Below are positions 18,553-28,197 of a stretch of DNA of 50,394 nucleotides, in pieces. The stretch comes from Butyrivibrio sp. (GTDB lineage Bacteria > Bacillota > Clostridia > Lachnospirales > Lachnospiraceae), in NCBI GenBank assembly GCA_024688095.1, contig JAILEJ010000175.1, forward strand, positions 1 through 50,394. The letters are read 5' to 3'. How positions within the stretch are numbered: position 1 is the stretch's first letter; every line of letters begins with the position of its first letter. Below the pieces are notes generated by a model. The model saw only the letters and a program-made list of their open reading frames with translations. It had not been told where the DNA came from and did no database searches. The position numbers and the translations under genes were made by a program.

Positions 18553-20322
18553 GTGGAAAAAATATTAGAATTAATATCAAAAGAAGTATCAGGAGCATTT
18601 GAAGCAGCTGGTTATGACAGTGCTTTGGGAAAAGTTACAATTTCTAATCGCCCTGATCTTTGCGAATATCAGTGTAATGGTGCAATGGCAGGTGCAAAGC
18701 AGTATCATAAGGCACCTTTTATGATAGCTGATGAAGTTGCGGAAAAACTTTCAGGAAATGAAATGTTTGAATCTGTAGAGTCAGTAAAACCAGGCTTTCT
18801 TAATATAAAGGTAAGTCCTGATTTCATACGTTCATACATTGTGCGAATGCTTCATGAAAAGAAACTTGGTGTAACTCAGCCAGGTCATCAGCCAAAAGTA
18901 ATCATGGATTATGGCGGACCTAATGTTGCTAAACCTCTTCATGTAGGACATCTTCGCTCAGCAGTTATTGGAGAAAGCCTTAAGAGAATTCTTAAATATA
19001 CAGGAAATGATGTAACAGGCGACATCCACCTTGGGGACTGGGGACTTCAGATGGGTCTTATTATAACAGAGCTTAAGGAACAGCAGCCTGATCTTCCATA
19101 TTTTGATCCTGAATATAAAGGCCAGTATCCAAAGGAAGCTCCATTTACTATTTCAGAATTGGAGCAGATTTATCCTAAGGCAAGTGCAAAGTCTAAAGAG
19201 GATGAAGAGTATAAAGCAAAGGCAATGGAAGCTACAAAGCTTCTTCAGGATGGTAATAAGGGCTACAGAGCTTTATGGCGTCATATACTTAATGTATCTG
19301 TTACTGACCTTAAAAAGAATTATAAGAACCTTAATGTTTCTTTTGATCTTTGGAAGGGTGAGTCAGATGTTCATGATGTTATTCCTGGAATGGTAGAGTA
19401 CATGAAGAACCATAATTATGCTAAGATCAGTCAGGGAGCGCTTGTAGTAGACGTTGCTGAGGAGACCGATACTAAAGAAGTTCCACCATGTATGATTCTA
19501 AAGTCAGATGGTGCATCTTTATATAATACAACAGATCTTGCAACAATTGATACCAGAATGAAGGAGTATCATCCAGACAGTCTTGTATATGTTGTTGATA
19601 AGAGACAGGAACTTTATTTTACACAGGTATTCAGATGTGCACGTAAGACCAAGCTTGTACTTCCAGAGACAGAGCTTCATTTTGTAGGCTTTGGTACTAT
19701 GAATGGAAAGGATGGAAAACCATTTAAAACAAGACAGGGTGGCGTTCCAAGACTTGAAAATCTCATTGCAGAGATTGATGAAAAAATGTATAACCGTATA
19801 AAGGAAGGTACTCCTGATATATCTGAAGAAGAGGCAAAGGATACCGCGCATAAGGTGGCAATTGCTGCAATTAAATATGGTGACCTTTCAAATCAGCCAT
19901 CAAAGGATTATGTGTTTGATGTTGATAAATTTACTTCTTTTGAAGGAGATACAGGCCCATATATTCTTTATACAATAGTTCGTATTAAGTCTATTTTAAA
20001 GAAATATAGTGAGGAAGGCGGAGATGCTAAGGCAGCACTTCTTCGTAATCCAGAAACTGATATTGAAAAGAACCTTATGCTTACCCTTTCAAGATTTGCA
20101 GATAGCGTTGAAAGTGCAGCAAAGGATCTCATGCCTAACAGAGTATGTGCTTATATCTACGAACTTGCTAATGTATTTAACAGCTTTTATCATGGCACAA
20201 AGATTCTTTCAGAACCTGATGCTGATAAGAAGAGTGGTTATATTGCTCTTTTAAATACTACACTTAAAGTTCTTGAGACAGGTATTGATCTTCTTGGATT
20301 TGATGCACCAGAGCGTATGTAA
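18553..20322 (+). CDS. argS: arginyl-tRNA synthetase
   Basis: PNVAKPLHVGHLRS HIGH motif, GDWGLQMG, DALR-type anticodon domain and terminal PERM. Confidence 0.97.
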   Translation: MEKILELISKEVSGAFEAAGYDSALGKVTISNRPDLCEYQCNGAMAGAKQYHKAPFMIADEVAEKLSGNEMFESVESVKPGFLNIKVSPDFIRSYIVRMLHEKKLGVTQPGHQPKVIMDYGGPNVAKPLHVGHLRSAVIGESLKRILKYTGNDVTGDIHLGDWGLQMGLIITELKEQQPDLPYFDPEYKGQYPKEAPFTISELEQIYPKASAKSKEDEEYKAKAMEATKLLQDGNKGYRALWRHILNVSVTDLKKNYKNLNVSFDLWKGESDVHDVIPGMVEYMKNHNYAKISQGALVVDVAEETDTKEVPPCMILKSDGASLYNTTDLATIDTRMKEYHPDSLVYVVDKRQELYFTQVFRCARKTKLVLPETELHFVGFGTMNGKDGKPFKTRQGGVPRLENLIAEIDEKMYNRIKEGTPDISEEEAKDTAHKVAIAAIKYGDLSNQPSKDYVFDVDKFTSFEGDTGPYILYTIVRIKSILKKYSEEGGDAKAALLRNPETDIEKNLMLTLSRFADSVESAAKDLMPNRVCAYIYELANVFNSFYHGTKILSEPDADKKSGYIALLNTTLKVLETGIDLLGFDAPERM

Positions 20323-20384
20323 TTTCGGGTGTTTAGATATATAACTGTTAGTAGTAAAAGGATATATAAGAAAAGAGGCGCTTA

Positions 20385-20984
20385 ATGGAAACACATAACT
20401 TTTTTGCAATGTTATCAAGAATGAAATATATTGAGCGCTGGGCTCTTATGCGGAATTCGAGGCCGGAAAATCTTAGTGAGCACTGCCTTGAGGTGGGAAT
20501 GATCGCGCATGCATTATGTATTATAGGAAATGTGAGATATGGTAAGAAGCTTGATGCAGAAAAGGCAGCACTTATAGGACTTTATCATGATGCATCAGAA
20601 ATAATAACCGGAGATATGCCTACACCTGTAAAATATTATAATGACGAGATTAAAAGCGCATATAAAGAGGTTGAAAAAATAGCTGAGGACAGGCTTCTTG
20701 AAAAGCTTCCTGAGGATCTTCGCCCTGAATATGAAAAAATATTTAAAGCTGCGGATGATCCAAATGAGAAATACATGCGTAAGCTTGTAAAGGCAGCTGA
20801 TAAACTTTCAGCACTTATTAAATGTATGGAAGAGGAACAGTCGGGAAATTCTGAATTTAGAACTGCTAAGGATTCTACAAAGAAATCAATTGATGAAATG
20901 ACAGTTTTTTATCCAGAGGTCAAGGACTTCGTAGAAGAATTCCTTCCGGCTTATGGAAAGACATTAGATGAATTATCAAAATAA
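20385..20984 (+). CDS. yfbR: HD-domain 5'-deoxynucleotidase (YfbR family)
   Basis: RMKYIERWALMRN, ENLSEH, YHDASEIITGDMPTPVKY and VKAADKLSA. Confidence 0.88.
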   Translation: METHNFFAMLSRMKYIERWALMRNSRPENLSEHCLEVGMIAHALCIIGNVRYGKKLDAEKAALIGLYHDASEIITGDMPTPVKYYNDEIKSAYKEVEKIAEDRLLEKLPEDLRPEYEKIFKAADDPNEKYMRKLVKAADKLSALIKCMEEEQSGNSEFRTAKDSTKKSIDEMTVFYPEVKDFVEEFLPAYGKTLDELSK

Positions 20985-22338
20985 TAATGAACAAAATAAT
21001 GTGGGCAGCCATATGTTTAGCAATAAGCAGCTACTATGGCTGCTTATTCCTATTATAGCGGAGCAGCTACTGAATTCACTTATGGGAATGGTGGATTCAA
21101 TGATGGTAAGTAATGTAAGCCCGGAGGCTATATCAGCAGTATCACTTGTTGATTCTATTAATATTCTGGTTCAGCAGGCATTTGCAGCGCTTGCAACAGG
21201 TGGAGTAATAGTTTGTTCAACATATATTGGACAGAAACGGACTGAAAGTGCCAAAAAGGCAGCAGGGCAGGTAATAATGACTTCTGCATTTATTTCAGCA
21301 GTAATTATGGTAATCTGTATGATGTTCAGGATGCAATTATTACATCTGATTTTTGGTGATGTCGATATGGCAGTAATGAATAATGCCGGAATATATTTTT
21401 TCTTTACTATTCTGTCATTTCCAGGGATAGCATTGTCGAATGCAGGAAGTGCAGTATACAGAGCACAGGGAAATACAAGACTTCCAATGACGATTGCAAT
21501 TATATCCAATGCATTTAATATCATTGGTAATGCAGTACTTATTTTTGGATTTGGAATGGGAGTTGCAGGAGCGGCTATAGCGACACTTGCTTCAAGAATT
21601 TTTTCGGCAGTTGTTATCCTGTTTATGCTTCACAGACCTGGACAGATGCTTACAGTTAATCATTATATGAAGATGCGTCCTGATAAAGTAGAGATTAAAA
21701 AGATATTGTCTATGGGTATACCAAATGGAATTGAAAATTCTATGTTTCAGTTTGGCAAGCTGGCAATACAGTCAACAGTTTCGACGATGGGAACAGTGGC
21801 TATAGCAGCACAGGCTATGACTAATATATTTGAAAATGTTAACGGAGTAGCAGGAGTTGGTGTTGGAATCGGCCTTATGACCATTGTTGGACAGTGCATG
21901 GGTGCAGGAAGAAAGGACGAAGCGATATATTATGTTAAGAAGATGCTTGCATGGAGTCATATAGCAATTCTTTCTTCATGCATATTTGCTTATGTTATTT
22001 CCAGACCTGTTACATATTTTGCCGGTATGGAAGAAGAGAGTGCAAAGCTTTGTATATATATGCTTGGCTGGATAACAGTTGTTAAGCCTATTTTGTGGCC
22101 GGGATCCTTTACAACAGCATATGGATTCAGAGCTGCTGGTGATGTAAGGTTCCCTATGATCGTGAGTACAATTTCCATGTGGTTTTGCAGGGTAAGCCTT
22201 TGCATGTTCCTATGCAGAGTTATAGGCATGGGACCAATGGGTGTATGGATAGGTATGTTTACGGATTGGGGAATGAGAAATCTTATATTTACTATCAGAT
22301 TCAGAAGTGGAAGATGGCTGAGGCATAAAGTTGTCTGA
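20968..22338 (+). CDS. MATE-family efflux transporter
   Basis: Many TM segments, GMGVAGAAIAT and a duplicated MATE pattern. Alternative start at ATG 21013. Confidence 0.92.
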   Translation: MNYQNNNEQNNVGSHMFSNKQLLWLLIPIIAEQLLNSLMGMVDSMMVSNVSPEAISAVSLVDSINILVQQAFAALATGGVIVCSTYIGQKRTESAKKAAGQVIMTSAFISAVIMVICMMFRMQLLHLIFGDVDMAVMNNAGIYFFFTILSFPGIALSNAGSAVYRAQGNTRLPMTIAIISNAFNIIGNAVLIFGFGMGVAGAAIATLASRIFSAVVILFMLHRPGQMLTVNHYMKMRPDKVEIKKILSMGIPNGIENSMFQFGKLAIQSTVSTMGTVAIAAQAMTNIFENVNGVAGVGVGIGLMTIVGQCMGAGRKDEAIYYVKKMLAWSHIAILSSCIFAYVISRPVTYFAGMEEESAKLCIYMLGWITVVKPILWPGSFTTAYGFRAAGDVRFPMIVSTISMWFCRVSLCMFLCRVIGMGPMGVWIGMFTDWGMRNLIFTIRFRSGRWLRHKVV

Positions 22339-22401
22339 TACCTGGTATTTAGAGGCTTTATCGGTGAGAAAAAAAGTTTGTAAATTTTTTTGAAAAAGTT
22401 G

Positions 22402-22431
22402 TTGACAACAAGGGGTAAAAGAGTGTATATT
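22402..22431 (+). promoter_or_regulatory. strong sigma-A promoter of tRNA-Met
   Basis: TTGACA-18 bp-TATATT preceded by an AT-rich UP-like tract. Confidence 0.75.
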
Positions 22432-22473
22432 ATCCTAGTCGGCGCTGATAAGTGCCGAAGCAAATAAGGATGT

Positions 22474-22547
22474 GGCGAGGTAGCTCAGCTGGCTAGAGCA
22501 CGCGGTTCATACCCGCGGTGTCGAGGGTTCGAGTCCCCCTCTCGCTA
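22474..22547 (+). tRNA. tRNA-Met (CAT), elongator type, 3' CCA not encoded
   Basis: GGCGAGG TA GCTC AGCTGGCTA GAGC A CGCGG TTCATAC CCGCG GTGTC GAGGG TTCGAGT CCCCC TCTCGCT A. G1-U72 pair, and no initiator-type C1:A72 mismatch. Confidence 0.93.
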
Positions 22548-22553
22548 CTAGAT

Positions 22554-22589
22554 AAAATAGGAAAACAAATTTGTTTTCCTATTTTTTTT
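22554..22589 (+). terminator. tRNA-Met terminator (perfect 32-bp palindrome plus T run)
   Basis: AAAATAGGAAAACAAA|TTTGTTTTCCTATTTT followed by more T. Confidence 0.8.
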
Positions 22590-22656
22590 GTGCTTATATG
22601 TGATACAATCTTATGTTGTTGATGAGAGTAATGTGTTTTTTGAAAGGAATAATGAA

Positions 22657-23442
22657 ATGATTAAAGCAAATTTTCATATGCATACACCAAGGTGTGGTCA
22701 TGCACAGGGAAGTGAAAGAGAATATATAGAAAGTGCAATTAAGAATGGATATAAAGTAATTGGCTTTTCTGATCATACACCTCAGCCTTATCCTGATGGA
22801 ATAGTTTCAGGAATGCGTATGGGAATGGATGAACTTGATAATTATATAGGCGTGATAAAAGAGCTTTCAAAGGAATATGAAAAGGATATAAAGATTTATA
22901 TCGGCCTGGAAGTTGAATATTATCCAAACTGCTGGAATAAGCTTTTAGTAGAACTCAGGAAGAGAGATATAGATTATATAATTATGGGTCAGCATCATGT
23001 AAAAGAGGAATTTGGAGGCTTTTACAGCGGAGCGCCTACAGATGATATTCAAAAAGTAAAAGATTATGTAGATGTTGTTATTGAAGGACTTAAAACTGGA
23101 GCATTTATATATCTGGCACATCCTGATCTTATAAATTATACAGGCCCGGATGACCTTTATATAAATGAAATGACCAGATTATGCAGATTTACAAAAGAAA
23201 ATGATATACCACTTGAAGTAAATATGCTTGGATTTGAGACAAATAGAAATTATCCATGTGACAGATTCTTTAAACTCGCTTCTGATATGGGAAATACTTT
23301 TGTAATAGGATGTGATGCGCATTCACCAGAGTGGATGGTTCAGCCTGAGGATGTACCTGGACTTATGGAATTTATGGATAGAAATAATATTGTCTTAGAA
23401 CAGGATATTATAGAGAAAAGAATTGTAGCATCTGTTCTATAA
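22657..23442 (+). CDS. PHP-domain phosphoesterase (HisJ/histidinol-phosphatase family)
   Basis: HMHT..CGHA, FSDH, GLEVE, LAHPD and GCDAH metal-ligand motifs. ATG 22657 follows GAAAGGA. Confidence 0.88.
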   Translation: MIKANFHMHTPRCGHAQGSEREYIESAIKNGYKVIGFSDHTPQPYPDGIVSGMRMGMDELDNYIGVIKELSKEYEKDIKIYIGLEVEYYPNCWNKLLVELRKRDIDYIIMGQHHVKEEFGGFYSGAPTDDIQKVKDYVDVVIEGLKTGAFIYLAHPDLINYTGPDDLYINEMTRLCRFTKENDIPLEVNMLGFETNRNYPCDRFFKLASDMGNTFVIGCDAHSPEWMVQPEDVPGLMEFMDRNNIVLEQDIIEKRIVASVL

Positions 23443-23479
23443 GTTATAGAACGTTTATAAAAAGTTTATAATTTCTTTA

Positions 23480-23509
23480 TTGATATAGTTGTTCTATTTG
23501 TGCTATAAC
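23480..23509 (+). promoter_or_regulatory. putative promoter of hsp20
   Basis: TTGATA-18 bp-TATAAC with TGn extension. Confidence 0.55.
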
Positions 23510-23667
23510 ATAATCAGCAAAGGAAATAAATGATAAATCAAAAAAATAAATGCATTTTCTCTTTTGCAAACCAAATAGTAACGTTGTTAATAAGCCATAC
23601 TCCTGAAAAGAATTTTCAGGATACGACCTAAATAAAAATGGCGATGACGCCGGAAAGTGTGATGATT

Positions 23668-24120
23668 ATGTTGATGCCTATGATTTGGAGAAACAATGAT
23701 GTTTGTAATTACAGAAATCCTTTTGAAGAAATGGACAGAATGTTTGAAGATTTCTGGGGAAATGGAAGCTCACTTGAAACAACAAGCGGAATGAAGACTG
23801 ACGTACTTGATAAAGGCGATCATTTTGAACTGGATGCTGATCTTCCTGGATTTAAGAAAGAGGACATTAGTGTAGACTTAAAGGATGATGTTCTTACCAT
23901 TTCAGCAAGCCATAATGAGAATAAGGATGAAAAGGATGAAGATGGTAAATACATCAGAAGAGAAAGAAGAAGTTCTTCATATAGCAGATCATTTAGTGTT
24001 GCAGGTCTTAAGCCTGAAGATATTGATGCTAAATATGAAAATGGTGTACTTACTGTAAATCTTCCAAAGAAAGAACTTGAAAAGAAGGAAGAAGAGGCAA
24101 AGAAGATAGAAATTAAATAA
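23668..24120 (+). CDS. small heat-shock protein (Hsp20/alpha-crystallin)
   Basis: DLPGFKKEDI, YIRRER...YSRSF and AKYENGVLTVNLPK. Start probably MLMP at 23668 (ORF track 23638). Confidence 0.95.
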   Translation: MLMPMIWRNNDVCNYRNPFEEMDRMFEDFWGNGSSLETTSGMKTDVLDKGDHFELDADLPGFKKEDISVDLKDDVLTISASHNENKDEKDEDGKYIRRERRSSSYSRSFSVAGLKPEDIDAKYENGVLTVNLPKKELEKKEEEAKKIEIK

Positions 24121-24208
24121 TACTCAGCTTATAAAATTAGCTAAGACGCAGAGCATAATTTAATATAGTTGCTTGAGTAAACAAAAATCATAATCTCTCA
24201 TGTGGTGG

Positions 24209-24243
24209 AAAGGTTGGCAAGTATATCTTGCCAACCTTTTTTT
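24209..24243 (+). terminator. intrinsic terminator between hsp20 and the dnaJ-like gene
   Basis: AAAGGTTGGCAAG-TATAT-CTTGCCAACCTTT plus a T run. Confidence 0.85.
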
Positions 24244-24282
24244 AGGGATGATATGTGACCTGTATGGAGAAAGGAGGCAGCT

Positions 24283-25230
24283 GTGGGTGCAAAACGTGAT
24301 TGTTATGAGGTACTTGGGGTCAGTAAATCTGCAACCTCTGATGAAATAAAAAAAGCATATAGAAAGCTTGCCAAAAAATATCATCCTGACACAAACGCAG
24401 GGAATAAGGAAGCTGCAGAAAAATTTAAAGAGGCATCTGAAGCCTATGCGATATTAAGCGATCCTAAAAAGCGTAAGGAATATGATGATTTTGGATTTGA
24501 TGGTGCAGAGAATGCATATCAGAGTTATAGCGGAAATCCTTTTGATAATGGAGATTTTTCCAGAGCTTTTCATTTTGATGGTGGTAATGGATTTGGGAGA
24601 AGCTTTCATTTTAGCAGTACTGGTGGAAATGGAAAAACCATACATTTTGAAGGGGATAATATAGAAGATATATTAAAATCTATATTTGGATCTTCTTCAG
24701 AATTTGGATTTGATGACTATTCAAATCATTATAAAAATATGGATGATTATGATCATTTTAATAACTCCGGAATAAATAATGATGTAGAGGCAAGTATTGA
24801 AATAAGTCTTCGTGAGGCTGTGCTTGGATGTAATAAAAGAATAACTCTCTCTGATGGAAATGGTCATGAGAAAACTCTGGATGTGAAGATACCTGCAGGA
24901 ATAGATTCCGGCAAAAAAATAAGACTTAAAGGTAAGGCGGATCTTTCCGGAAATGGAGGTAAGGGAGATGTTTTCCTTAAAATAAAAGTAAGAGATGAGC
25001 TTTCATTTAAAAGAAAAGGAAATGATATATACACAACCGTAAGGGTCCCTTATAAAATAATTGAGCATGGAGGAGAAGCTGTTTTTCCGACATTGTATGG
25101 AAATGTTTCATGCAAGATAAAAAAAGGAACACGTCCGGGATCTAAAATACGTCTTAAGGGAAAGGGAGCTCCGGATATGAAAACACCATCTTTTAGAGGT
25201 GACGAGTATGTTACGCTTGAGGTTTCATAA
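24283..25230 (+). CDS. class B (zinc-finger-less, CbpA-like) DnaJ co-chaperone
   Basis: J domain with YHPD, G/F-rich region, two C-terminal beta domains, no CxxCxGxG. GTG start after AAGGAGG. Confidence 0.9.
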   Translation: MGAKRDCYEVLGVSKSATSDEIKKAYRKLAKKYHPDTNAGNKEAAEKFKEASEAYAILSDPKKRKEYDDFGFDGAENAYQSYSGNPFDNGDFSRAFHFDGGNGFGRSFHFSSTGGNGKTIHFEGDNIEDILKSIFGSSSEFGFDDYSNHYKNMDDYDHFNNSGINNDVEASIEISLREAVLGCNKRITLSDGNGHEKTLDVKIPAGIDSGKKIRLKGKADLSGNGGKGDVFLKIKVRDELSFKRKGNDIYTTVRVPYKIIEHGGEAVFPTLYGNVSCKIKKGTRPGSKIRLKGKGAPDMKTPSFRGDEYVTLEVS

Positions 25231-25349
25231 ATAAAAAAGGCTTATATTATTTTTTTATAAATAACAAATTGAATATGGAATTGATACTTTCAAAGTGATA
25301 GAATATCTAGGTTAATGTTGATTGATTTTATTTTGAAAGAGGAAAACTA

Positions 25350-26834
25350 ATGGCTAAACAGGGTTTTGATAACGACAAATATATTAGTATGCAGTCTGAA
25401 AAGATTAGAGAAAGAATCGGAAAATTTGGTGGCAAGCTGTACATGGAATTTGGTGGAAAGCTTTTTGATGATTATCACGCATCAAGAGTATTACCTGGAT
25501 TTCATCCTGATTCAAAGATTAAAATGCTTACTCAGCTTAAGGACGATGCAGAGATAGTGGTTGTTATTAATGCCGGAGACATTGAGAAAAATAAGGTAAG
25601 AGGAGATCTTGGAATCACTTATGATATGGATGTTCTCAGACTTATAGATGCATTTAGAGGCTATGGACTTTATGTTGGAAGTGTTGTAATGACAAGATTT
25701 GAGGGTCAGGAAAGCGCTATTCAGTATCAGAATAAGCTTGAAGCTCTTGGAATAAAAGTTTACAGACATTATCCAATTGCAGGTTATCCTTCTAATATTC
25801 CACTTATTATAAGTGATGATGGTTATGGCAAAAATGAATATATAGAAACAACACATTCACTTGTTGTAGTAACTGCACCAGGTCCTGGAAGTGGAAAAAT
25901 GGCAGTATGTCTTTCTCAGCTTTACAATGAAAATAAGAGAGGTATTAAGGCTGGTTATGCCAAGTTTGAGACTTTCCCTATTTGGAATATTCCACTTCAG
26001 CATCCTGTTAATCTTGCTTATGAAGCAGCAACAGCAGATCTTGATGATGTTAATATGATCGATCCATTCCATCTTGAGGCTTATGGAGAGACTACAGTTA
26101 ATTATAACAGAGATGTTGCTGTATTCCCTGTTTTAAATACAATGTTCAAGGAGATATTTGGTAAATCTCCTTATAACTCACCAACAGATATGGGTGTTAA
26201 CATGGCAGGTAACTGTATCTTTGATGATGAAGCAGTAAGAGCAGCGGCTAAACAGGAAATAATCAGAAGATATTACAAAGAAAAATGTGAGCTGAGAAAA
26301 GGTAACAGCTCACAGTCTATAATAGATAAGCTTGAACTGCTTATGAATAAGGCAGAGACTACTATTGCGGACAGACCTGTTATTGCTGCAGCAAGCTTAA
26401 AAGCAGAGGTTACGGGACTTCCTGCAGCAGCTATCGAGCTTCCTGATGGAAGAGTAATTACCGGTAAGACTTCTACTTTAATGGGAGCAACTTCAGCTAT
26501 GATCCTTAATGCACTTAAAGCTCTTGCAGGAGTTGAAGATCCGGTTAAGCTTATTCCTCCAGCTGTTATTGAACCTATTCAGGATCTTAAGGTTCATCAT
26601 TTTGGGGGACATAATCCACACCTGCATATAGATGAAACTCTTATAGCACTGACTATAGTTGCAGCACAGGATGAGACAGCAGCAAAGGTACTTGAACAGC
26701 TTGATAAATTACGTGGTTGTGAGGTGCATTCTTCTGTTATTCTTTCTGCAGAAGATGAAAGCACATTCCATAATCTTGGAATAAATCTTACCTGTGAACC
26801 TGCCTATCAGACCAAAAAACTTTTCCATGGCTGA
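25350..26834 (+). CDS. DUF1846 (UPF0371) family protein with P-loop
   Basis: LYMEFGGKLFDDYHASRVLPG, TAPGPGSGK and AGYAKFETFP. Confidence 0.88.
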   Translation: MAKQGFDNDKYISMQSEKIRERIGKFGGKLYMEFGGKLFDDYHASRVLPGFHPDSKIKMLTQLKDDAEIVVVINAGDIEKNKVRGDLGITYDMDVLRLIDAFRGYGLYVGSVVMTRFEGQESAIQYQNKLEALGIKVYRHYPIAGYPSNIPLIISDDGYGKNEYIETTHSLVVVTAPGPGSGKMAVCLSQLYNENKRGIKAGYAKFETFPIWNIPLQHPVNLAYEAATADLDDVNMIDPFHLEAYGETTVNYNRDVAVFPVLNTMFKEIFGKSPYNSPTDMGVNMAGNCIFDDEAVRAAAKQEIIRRYYKEKCELRKGNSSQSIIDKLELLMNKAETTIADRPVIAAASLKAEVTGLPAAAIELPDGRVITGKTSTLMGATSAMILNALKALAGVEDPVKLIPPAVIEPIQDLKVHHFGGHNPHLHIDETLIALTIVAAQDETAAKVLEQLDKLRGCEVHSSVILSAEDESTFHNLGINLTCEPAYQTKKLFHG

Positions 26835-26986
26835 TAGTATAGATTAAATTTTTATAAACGCATAAACATTCATATAAAATATGCTACAATAATAATTGAT
26901 ATACGATTTTTGGTAAATAACCCTTGTATATTTCTTGTGAAATATTCTTAATGTATACGGACATGGTTATCATTGAAAGGAGTAAT

Positions 26987-27421
26987 ATGAATCAGAATTT
27001 GTACGATGCGGTTTTTGGATGTGGAGCGAATAAAGTAGATCCGTTTGACCAAACAAATGTTGAGTTTGATAAGATCATTGCTGATATGAGAGCAGTGGGT
27101 TATGAGATAACCTCTCTTAATATTGCAGAATATATTGTAATTCAGGAACTTGACCTACTTAATAAGAAGAAGAATCAGATTATTGAGTCTGCGCAGGACC
27201 TTGATGAAAGAGATGAATTTTGTAGAAGTGAATATGGGAGCTCTTTTAAGGATATTGTTGCACTTGATCCCAAAACGGATTTTGAATGGGATCTAAAGAG
27301 CGGGAAAGTACATATTTATCTTGTTGCAGATGCTGCATATAAAGCTGATGTTTATGTGAAGGTTTTCAAATGGGCATTGGACGATTTTAACAAGAAAACC
27401 GGTTTTGACTACAAGTTATAA
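26987..27421 (+). CDS. hypothetical protein
   Basis: 144 aa from ATG 26987 after a strong GAAAGGAG RBS. No family recognised. Confidence 0.75.
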   Translation: MNQNLYDAVFGCGANKVDPFDQTNVEFDKIIADMRAVGYEITSLNIAEYIVIQELDLLNKKKNQIIESAQDLDERDEFCRSEYGSSFKDIVALDPKTDFEWDLKSGKVHIYLVADAAYKADVYVKVFKWALDDFNKKTGFDYKL

Positions 27422-27448
27422 TTCTTTAGTCTGAAAGGAAGCTGTAAA

Positions 27449-27967
27449 GTGGAAACTGAAAGACTGATTTTAAGACATTGGGAAGATGCAGATGCATCTT
27501 CCCTTTATTTATATGCAAAGGATCCAAGAGTTGGGATTCCAGCTGGATGGCCACCTCATGAAAGTGAGGAGTATAGCAGAGCCTATATAAGAACTGTATA
27601 TAACAATAAAGAAACGTATGCGATTGTTATAAAAGGCCAGCCTGGTCCTGTTGGGAATATAACTCTTTCTTTGGGCGCAGATAAAATAAGAGGAAGAGCA
27701 TTTGATGAAGGCGAAATAGGTTTCTGGATCGGAGTTCCGTATTGGGGGAAGGGATTAATGGCAGAAGCTGTAAGCGCTTTACTAAAACACTGCTTCGAAG
27801 ACCTTAAGCTTAAAAGGGTGTGGTGCACTTACTTTGATGGGAACTACAGATCTAGAATGTTACAAAAAAAGTTAGGCTTCAAATACCATCATACCAACTA
27901 TAATTCGGTAGTGATCATGCTCAATCAGGTAAGAATAGAGCACTTCAACTATATCGATAAAAAGTAA
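27449..27967 (+). CDS. GNAT acetyltransferase, RimJ/RimL family
   Basis: ETERLILR, EIGFWIGVPYWGKG and N.RS..LQKKLGF. Confidence 0.9.
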   Translation: METERLILRHWEDADASSLYLYAKDPRVGIPAGWPPHESEEYSRAYIRTVYNNKETYAIVIKGQPGPVGNITLSLGADKIRGRAFDEGEIGFWIGVPYWGKGLMAEAVSALLKHCFEDLKLKRVWCTYFDGNYRSRMLQKKLGFKYHHTNYNSVVIMLNQVRIEHFNYIDKK

Positions 27968-28063
27968 AAAAATGAACGTTATAGAATTCTTAAGAAAAAG
28001 TTAATATTCGATAAATTGTATTACGTCTGTTGTAATATTATGTTATAATTTATTCGTTGTTAG

Positions 28064-28098
28064 ATGTGGTTCATGACTCGTCTGAACCATGTTTTTTT
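28064..28098 (+). terminator. intrinsic terminator
   Basis: ATGTGGTTCA-9 nt-TGAACCATGT plus a T run. Confidence 0.7.
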
Positions 28099-28110
28099 AC
28101 TCAAAAATCA

Positions 28111-28124
28111 TGAAAACGCTTACA
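28111..28124. promoter_or_regulatory. cre-like (CcpA/LacI-family) operator upstream of the carD-like gene
   Basis: TGAAAACGCTTACA fits the cre consensus TGWAARCGYTWNCA. Confidence 0.55.
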
Positions 28125-28197
28125 TTTTTAAAATTAATTGTTTTTATGATTATTAGGGGCTAGGGCGTATGCCATAATTTGGCGAAAAGGAGGTAAA

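Noticed and set aside
22474-22547. tRNA(CAU) as initiator tRNA or lysidine-modified tRNA-Ile2
   Set aside because: It lacks the C1:A72 mismatch and the G29-G30-G31 run of initiator tRNAs. The GGCG... acceptor with G1-U72 and the GGTTCATACCC anticodon arm match Firmicute elongator tRNA-Met.
22554-22585. Perfect 32-bp palindrome as a mobile-element end or recombination site
   Set aside because: Its position directly after a tRNA and the following T run fit a simple terminator.
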